From Vulcanimicrobiota bacterium (lineage in GTDB: Bacteria > Vulcanimicrobiota > Xenobia > Xenobiales > JADMJV01), in assembly GCA_050250895.1 (NCBI GenBank), contig JBFWNU010000001.1, positions 192,001 through 256,000 of the forward strand: a DNA stretch of 64,000 bases. The letters are read 5' to 3'. Position 1 is the first letter of the stretch, and every line of letters begins with the position of its first letter. A program made the translations under genes and the position numbers. The notes beneath the pieces are model-generated. The model had not been told where the DNA came from. It worked only from the letters and a program-made list of their open reading frames with translations, and did not search any database. Below are positions 47,402 to 53,475 of the stretch, one piece after another.

Positions 47402-49240
47402 ATGGTCATCCGTCCCGGGCTTCCCATTCCTCAAGCCTACCGAGCAACCACAGCTCGGACGGCCGCTGTCGAGGCACCCGACCGGGTCGAACTGTCGACC
47501 ACTCCCCCTTCCTTGAAAGGCCTGCTGCTGGCCGGCCTGACCCCGGCTACCGGTATCCCCCTGGCCGGCACGCCCGTCTCGCTTGACTTTGCGACCCTGC
47601 ACTGGCCCGAAGCCGCCCGCCGAGAAGTGCGAGGGCACCTCGAGAGTCTCTCGCTCAGCGGCCGAGCCACCCCCACCGAATTGGCTCAAGCCGAACTGGC
47701 CAGAGCCCAGCAACTAGAGCCCCGCGTTACAACCGCCGACCTGGCCACCGCTATCGAGCGAGCCGCTCAGGCCACCGAGCTCAAACCCAATCAACACCAG
47801 GCGCTGTTCGGCTTCAGCCGCCTGATCGACGCCAAGTTCCACCTCAGTCCCGCCCTCATCGACAAGCTGGCCGGTAGCTGCGACCAGACCGCCTTGACCC
47901 GGATGATCGACGGCGGACCTGACGACGGAGCGCCGGTCTGGGCGCATCCGCGCAGCCCCGAAGAGTTGGTGGCCAGCCTGGTACGCCATCTGGTAGTGGG
48001 CCAGGGCTCGTCGCTGCAGCTCGGCCTCGACCACGGGCTGGCCGAATGGCTGGAGCAACACTTCGACGACTCCTCTCCCCTAACCCAGGCGGTGGGTGGG
48101 GCCGGCGCTTTCTGCGCCAACCTCTCGGCCGCCCTGCCCGAGGTGAACGGATGCTTCTTCGCTCCCGGCAAGCTGTCGAACCGATTAGCCCAGAGATTCT
48201 CGCCAGAACTCCAGGCAGTGGATGAAAGCGGCCGAGCCTCTGGGCCCGACGGTCAGATCGACCCCGGCCTCAAAGAGCGGGTAAACTACGTGGCCGAATA
48301 CCGCCAGGGCGAGAGCTTCGAACTCTTTGGTAACCAGCAGCTCAGCCTCAACGGGCAGGTGCGCGACCTGCAGGTCAGCGGAACCTCGCGAGTCATCCTG
48401 GGCACTCCCACCAACCTCAATCCAGATTTCGGCCACACCAGCGACAGCGTAGCCCGGCAGTTGGCCGCTGAAAACGATGTCTTCTTCGTCTCGGGGGCCC
48501 ACTACCTGACCAAACGGCCAGAAGCCGAAGCCGAAGAGTTCGCGGCCCGACTGCTGGCCATGAAAGACGAGAATCCCGAACTGGTGCGCCACAACCAGTA
48601 TGTGGTTCCCAAAGACCCGGCCACCGAAGCCCAGCTCTATCGCCACCTGCACGGGGCCTTCGACTCGATGTCGCTCAATGCGGTGGAAATGGCCGGAGTG
48701 CTGGGTCGCCTGGCCGACGACGGGCAGACCGACTGGAATGGCGAGCGATTTCCCGACCCGACCACGGCCGAAAGCCTGAAGTTTCAGCTCGACTCGGCTT
48801 TAGAACTGAAGTCGGCTCTCGACTTGCAGCGTCTGCATGTGCACAGCTACAGTGGCGACCTGCTGGTTCTACAAGGCCGGCAAGCTCCTGATCGACAGCG
48901 CCTGGCCCTCTTGCGGGCCCGCCAGGTGGCCGCCATGAAGACCGCTAACGACAACGGAGAGATTCGCTCTCCGAGTGACCTCTGGCCCATCTTGCCGATG
49001 GTGGACGCGCGTGGACTGGCGGGCCTCTATCGCTTCGCCGACGCCATCAGCGAGCGCTTCGGGCTCGATGCCGACCAGCACGCTGCGGTGGTGAAAGACT
49101 GGCACTATCACGATGCAGCCAGCCAGACGACCTTCTTGTTCTCGCCGGCCCGAGCCCTGCACGACAAAACAGGGGGCACCGTCAGTCTGGGCGATACCAT
49201 CGACTATACGGCCCTGGCTCACGGATACACACCGGCATAG
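47402..49240 (+). CDS. ADP-dependent glucokinase/phosphofructokinase family protein with N-terminal extension
   Basis: GGAGAFCANL, VNYVAEY, SGAHYL, SMSLNAVE, RLHVHS and TVSLGDTI motifs. Confidence 0.8.
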   Translation: MVIRPGLPIPQAYRATTARTAAVEAPDRVELSTTPPSLKGLLLAGLTPATGIPLAGTPVSLDFATLHWPEAARREVRGHLESLSLSGRATPTELAQAELARAQQLEPRVTTADLATAIERAAQATELKPNQHQALFGFSRLIDAKFHLSPALIDKLAGSCDQTALTRMIDGGPDDGAPVWAHPRSPEELVASLVRHLVVGQGSSLQLGLDHGLAEWLEQHFDDSSPLTQAVGGAGAFCANLSAALPEVNGCFFAPGKLSNRLAQRFSPELQAVDESGRASGPDGQIDPGLKERVNYVAEYRQGESFELFGNQQLSLNGQVRDLQVSGTSRVILGTPTNLNPDFGHTSDSVARQLAAENDVFFVSGAHYLTKRPEAEAEEFAARLLAMKDENPELVRHNQYVVPKDPATEAQLYRHLHGAFDSMSLNAVEMAGVLGRLADDGQTDWNGERFPDPTTAESLKFQLDSALELKSALDLQRLHVHSYSGDLLVLQGRQAPDRQRLALLRARQVAAMKTANDNGEIRSPSDLWPILPMVDARGLAGLYRFADAISERFGLDADQHAAVVKDWHYHDAASQTTFLFSPARALHDKTGGTVSLGDTIDYTALAHGYTPA

Positions 49241-49329
49241 AGTTGCAACAAATTTGTAATATCTAGCCATGGAAGTTCAAACCAGAATTCCACCTCGCCC
49301 CCCTAAACTAAGTGGGCAGGAGGTCATCA

Positions 49330-49446
49330 ATGAAGTATCTCGCTACCGTTTTGCTCAGCCTACGCTTGAGGCTGGATCCCCCCACCCCATCCGCCCCCGT
49401 CAGTGACGACGACGATAGCTTTCTGGGTATCGCGCTGCGCGACTAG
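49330..49446 (+). CDS. Putative 38-aa small protein (not in the ORF track)
   Basis: SD AGGAGG, -10 TAAACT; MKYLATVLLSLRLRLDPPTPSAPVSDDDDSFLGIALRD. Confidence 0.5.
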   Translation: MKYLATVLLSLRLRLDPPTPSAPVSDDDDSFLGIALRD

Positions 49447-50954
49447 ATCGTTCTATCTCCGTTGGGAAAGTGAACTCGCAGAAACTCTCGCAACCCTTCC
49501 CGCTCGTTCATCTCGCCCAGAGTCAGAAAGACGTCGTCGGCCAGGCTGCCGGGCTGGTCGCGCAAAATGGCGCGGGCCTCGTCTCTGGCTCTGGCCTGAT
49601 AGTCGCGACCAAGAAAAGTGGTCTCGTTGAAGCTGGCCGAGGTCCACTGAGCATAGCAGGCGCTCAGTCGGTTGTAACGGGCTCGCTGGTCATCACCCTG
49701 ACACAGTTGCAGCAGATGCTCGTTCTGATTGGCCAGCCGGGCTTCGGCCTGCAGCTGCTGGCCGTCGGCTCGGTTGAGGTCGGACATGTAGGCATCCCAG
49801 GTATAGGCCCAACGAAAGGAGCGCGAGCCCCGATGGAGCAGCAGATAGCCAATGCGCCAGCCGCCAGCCTGCGACCACTGGCTCACGAGCCCGGGTCGGG
49901 TCGACCAGGCGCAACGCCGCCAGAGGGCGCGCTGGGCTTGCAGCTCTTCGTTCATGGCGGGCGGCAGACGGTGCAGGCTCGAGTTGGCCACATCCGGCTG
50001 AGCCAGGCTAAAGTCCCAGTCATTGTAGACGTCGGCCGCATAGGGACGCCAGGCTTTCGTGAGGTTCAACTCTCGGGTTAGCTCGAGCGCTTCGCGATAG
50101 GCGTCATGGCGAGCCAGCCGCAGGGCTTGAGCATAGACCACCAGATCCCTGGCGGGATGGTCGGGGTAGCGCCGCACGAACTCGGCCAGGTCGTCTCCGG
50201 TGGTGCCGATGTCGAGCAGCCACAACAGGTGGTCGCTAAAGCGCCAGCCCATGTCGCCGTCACCGGGCACCTGGCCTAGAAAGACGTAAAGAGCTTCGAC
50301 CCGCTCGCCACGCCACTCGAGACAGCGGCCCTTCCAATAGAGAGCATCGTCGGCGCCGGGGTGGTCGGGATGGCGTTCGAGCCAGGCCTGCCATTGCTCG
50401 ACCGTGCCCCGAGGGCGGGTTGACGGCGATTGGCCGTAACGCACGTGAGACCAGTAGTATTCGTCGCCGAAGTAGGTGCCGCCGCGAATCTGGGAATACT
50501 CGCGGCAGGCCTGGGCAAACTCGGATTTCGGCTCGGCCTCGGCTCGGGCCAGAAGTTCGAGTTCGCTGTCATACTGTTGCCACCACCAGCGATTGGCCGG
50601 ACCCAACTCGAAGCGCTTGCGCAGATAGAGTCGGCGGGCTATCTCTTTCTGGACTTCTGTCAGAGGACTCTCGTCGCCCAGGTAAAGGCGACCGTCTTCG
50701 AAGGATTCTCCGCTGCCCAGCAGGCTCAGCACGTGCAGCGCCCGCTGGGGTGGCGCGGAGCGCGCGAACTCGAGCATCTGCGGCGCAAATCGCTCACGGC
50801 CTTCGCGCAGATAGCGACCCAGACGCTGTTCTTCGGCCGGCCGGTCGAGACGGAGCAGGCGACAAGCTAGCTCGCACTGGTCGGGAGGGGAATGGAGGAG
50901 GGAGACTACCAGGGTTAAGAATAAGACGCGACGGGACACTTGATTAAAATTCAA
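49443..50954 (-). CDS. Exported helical-repeat (TPR-like) hypothetical protein
   Basis: N-terminal hydrophobic segment; repeated HPDHPGADDALYW and YPDHPARD motifs; start uncertain. Confidence 0.7.
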   Translation of the reverse strand: MNFNQVSRRVLFLTLVVSLLHSPPDQCELACRLLRLDRPAEEQRLGRYLREGRERFAPQMLEFARSAPPQRALHVLSLLGSGESFEDGRLYLGDESPLTEVQKEIARRLYLRKRFELGPANRWWWQQYDSELELLARAEAEPKSEFAQACREYSQIRGGTYFGDEYYWSHVRYGQSPSTRPRGTVEQWQAWLERHPDHPGADDALYWKGRCLEWRGERVEALYVFLGQVPGDGDMGWRFSDHLLWLLDIGTTGDDLAEFVRRYPDHPARDLVVYAQALRLARHDAYREALELTRELNLTKAWRPYAADVYNDWDFSLAQPDVANSSLHRLPPAMNEELQAQRALWRRCAWSTRPGLVSQWSQAGGWRIGYLLLHRGSRSFRWAYTWDAYMSDLNRADGQQLQAEARLANQNEHLLQLCQGDDQRARYNRLSACYAQWTSASFNETTFLGRDYQARARDEARAILRDQPGSLADDVFLTLGEMNEREGLREFLRVHFPNGDRTI

Positions 50955-51006
50955 CAGGCCGGTTTTGGGGACCTCTCGCCGAAATGATTCATCGAAAGAA
51001 GAGTTG

Positions 51007-51033
51007 TGTCGATCTCGGCCCTGGTCGGTCGAC
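51007..51033 (+). promoter_or_regulatory. Possible ECF sigma promoter TGTCGA-N17-CGAC
   Basis: Resembles ECF42-type promoters as recalled for YciI/VOC genes. Confidence 0.4.
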
Positions 51034-51083
51034 CAACCGATGGAGGGCGAGAATCGTCCTTACGACCAAAGGAGAGTAATACC

Positions 51084-51509
51084 GTGAAAGTTCTACCTTA
51101 TCTTTGCTTTGAAGGCCGCGCCCAGGAGGCCATCGATTTTTATCAGAAGGTGCTGGGGGCCGAAGTGACCATGCTGATGCGGGGCAAAGACGCCCCCGAG
51201 GGGGCCTGCGCGGGCGGCAATCCCCGTGAGTATGCCGACAAGATCATGCACGCCGAGCTAAAGCTGGGCGATGACCGGTTGCACGTCAGCGACGGCATGA
51301 ATACCGGCCAGGCCGAGTTCAAAGGGATCACGCTGTCGGTGGCGTTGAGCACTGACGATGAGGCCAGGAAGAAATTCGCCGCTCTGTCGGAAGGTGGCGA
51401 AGTGCGTATGGCCCTCTCCGAGACCTTCTTTGCCTCGAGCTTCGGAATCTGCAACGATAAGTTCGGTGTGCCGTGGATGGTGCTGGTTCCCAGCCACGTG
51501 CCGGCTTAA
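51084..51509 (+). CDS. phnB: VOC family PhnB/YjdN protein
   Basis: PYLCFEGRAQEAIDFY, IMHAEL and DKFGVPW motifs; SD AAGGAG. Confidence 0.9.
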   Translation: MKVLPYLCFEGRAQEAIDFYQKVLGAEVTMLMRGKDAPEGACAGGNPREYADKIMHAELKLGDDRLHVSDGMNTGQAEFKGITLSVALSTDDEARKKFAALSEGGEVRMALSETFFASSFGICNDKFGVPWMVLVPSHVPA

Positions 51510-52855
51510 GGCTTACGCCGCAAAAAGAGAGCCGCCCCGGCCAGTCCCAGGCCCCCGCCGGCCAGTGTCAACCCGAGCAAGAGATTGCTTCTGTCCTGTT
51601 CGTGCCGGCGGGCCTGGGCCATGGCCTGATCGACCAGTCGGTAGAGATTGGGATCGCTAACCTTGAGAGCCTCGGGGTCGGTCTTGAAGCTGCGCACCCC
51701 GTCGGCAAAATACTCGCCCACCTGGGTCAGACCGTAGTCGGTATTGCGGGGGCCGCCACAGCGGGCCGTCTGATTGGCTTGCGAAAAGGCTTCGTCAAGC
51801 TGGGCTGACCATTCTCGATAGAAAGCCGGCTCGACCTCGCGCAGGCGCGCCATCAAGGCGTGCCCCGTCTCGTGACGGGTGGTGTGGCGGGTGCCCAGAG
51901 TGTTGGCGTCAACCTGCAGCAGGCCGTCGCTTGAGGAGTGGAAGCCGTGGGCTCCGCCGGTCAGGTGGTCGAGATTGAAGCTGGGGTGAACCCGCAGTGC
52001 CACCCCTTCGGAGGGGTATGCATAGCGGGCGGCTGGCACGAGGATGGCCTGGCTTTCGAGGTCGACGGCCGCTGTCAACCTGCCTCCCGCGGCCATCTCG
52101 ACCAGCGAGCGATACTCGGCTTTCTCGTTGTCGTCGCGCGCTCCGCTGCGTCGCACCAGGCCGGCCACATCGAACCGACCCTCGACGACCACGGTCGGGT
52201 CGAGTCCGGCCTGGCGCACCTGTTCGAGCAGAAACTGGTGGCGTTGGCTGCGGGCCTGCTCTAACGGGCTCGCTACGGGAGGGGCGCAAGGGTCCGGGCT
52301 GGGCTGCCCGGCGGCTTCTTCCGCCAGACGCTCGATGCGCTCGTTGAGTTCCAACAGCCGTGGATGCACGGACAGTTCTTTGCCCAGTCGGTCCAGGGCG
52401 TTGGCCTGCTGCACCAGAGTGGTCATCGGCACCGACCGGGTGTGGCGTCCGTGCTCGCGCAAGACTTGCAAGGTCTGGGCGTCGGACTCGGTCACCTGAA
52501 TCTCGGTCCCGGCCCGAGCCACGAAGGTCAACTCGTCGCGGTCGAAGGCAGCTAACTCGTCCCCCAACTCGATTCGTTGCCGGGGCGTTAGATCGAGATC
52601 GCGAGCGGTCATCTGAGCCACCGGGTCTTGACCGGCGTAAGAGGCGCCGGCACCCAGGGCCACGCTCAGCGACGAGAGAATGGCCAGTCCGTGCCAGAGC
52701 TTGGAATAGCGGGCCAGACGAGAGAGAATAGGTCGACTGGCCGGAACTGGCTGGTTGATGGTGACCTGGTCGACGGGGTCGGGCGCGGGGTTCTCAGACC
52801 GGTGTGCTTTGGCCGGCGGCAGAAACGGACCGATGCCCGAAACTCTCGATATCAT
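51506..52855 (-). CDS. Zinc metalloprotease of the anthrax lethal factor/Pro-Pro endopeptidase-like type with C-terminal membrane anchor
   Basis: HETGH, downstream Y..EYFAD and DPNLY motifs; C-terminal TM helix plus RRK. Confidence 0.78.
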   Translation of the reverse strand: MISRVSGIGPFLPPAKAHRSENPAPDPVDQVTINQPVPASRPILSRLARYSKLWHGLAILSSLSVALGAGASYAGQDPVAQMTARDLDLTPRQRIELGDELAAFDRDELTFVARAGTEIQVTESDAQTLQVLREHGRHTRSVPMTTLVQQANALDRLGKELSVHPRLLELNERIERLAEEAAGQPSPDPCAPPVASPLEQARSQRHQFLLEQVRQAGLDPTVVVEGRFDVAGLVRRSGARDDNEKAEYRSLVEMAAGGRLTAAVDLESQAILVPAARYAYPSEGVALRVHPSFNLDHLTGGAHGFHSSSDGLLQVDANTLGTRHTTRHETGHALMARLREVEPAFYREWSAQLDEAFSQANQTARCGGPRNTDYGLTQVGEYFADGVRSFKTDPEALKVSDPNLYRLVDQAMAQARRHEQDRSNLLLGLTLAGGGLGLAGAALFLRRKP

Positions 52856-52895
52856 TGCCTTTAGAATTCGAGCGAATGGGCTCGTTCCCCTCGTC

Positions 52896-53444
52896 TCAGG
52901 CCGCCGCGGTGGCGGCCACGACCGAGAAGAGAAACTCCTCGTAGCTCTGACCCTGCGAGTGAAGGAACTGGGTCACGAAATTCAAGCCTAACTGAACCTG
53001 CTGCTTGGGGTTGGACACCTTCTGCTCCTCGGCCAGGATAGCTGCATAGATCGGCTCGACGGCAGCGATGGCGGCCCGGGCCGGGCAGCGCCGGCTGGAG
53101 TGATAGCCTATGATGGTCTTGTGATCGGGCCCGAAGGTGGGCGAGACGTGGGCCAGCACCCAATAATGGTCGCCGCCTTTGCACATGTTGAGGACATAGG
53201 CGAAAATCTCGTTACCGGCCCCGATAGTGTCCCACAACAGGGCAAACACCGAGCGAGGCATACCCGGATGGCGAATGAGGTTGTGGGCCTCTCCCAGGAG
53301 TTCTCTCTCGGTGTAGCCAGCTACCCGCTGGAAGACCGGGTTGGCATAGGTGATGATCCCTTTGGAATCGGTCTTGCTGACAATGATCTCGTCGGTGCCG
53401 AAGCGTCGTTCGACGCCGGTCGGCTTGAAAGTCGGTACGGCCAT
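52896..53444 (-). CDS. Stand-alone Aer-type PAS domain protein
   Basis: IVSKTD..ITYAN, HNLIRHPGMP and YWVLAHV motifs. Confidence 0.9.
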   Translation of the reverse strand: MAVPTFKPTGVERRFGTDEIIVSKTDSKGIITYANPVFQRVAGYTERELLGEAHNLIRHPGMPRSVFALLWDTIGAGNEIFAYVLNMCKGGDHYWVLAHVSPTFGPDHKTIIGYHSSRRCPARAAIAAVEPIYAAILAEEQKVSNPKQQVQLGLNFVTQFLHSQGQSYEEFLFSVVAATAAA

Positions 53445-53475
53445 AACCTTACCATCGGTCGTTAGCCACGGCCCG

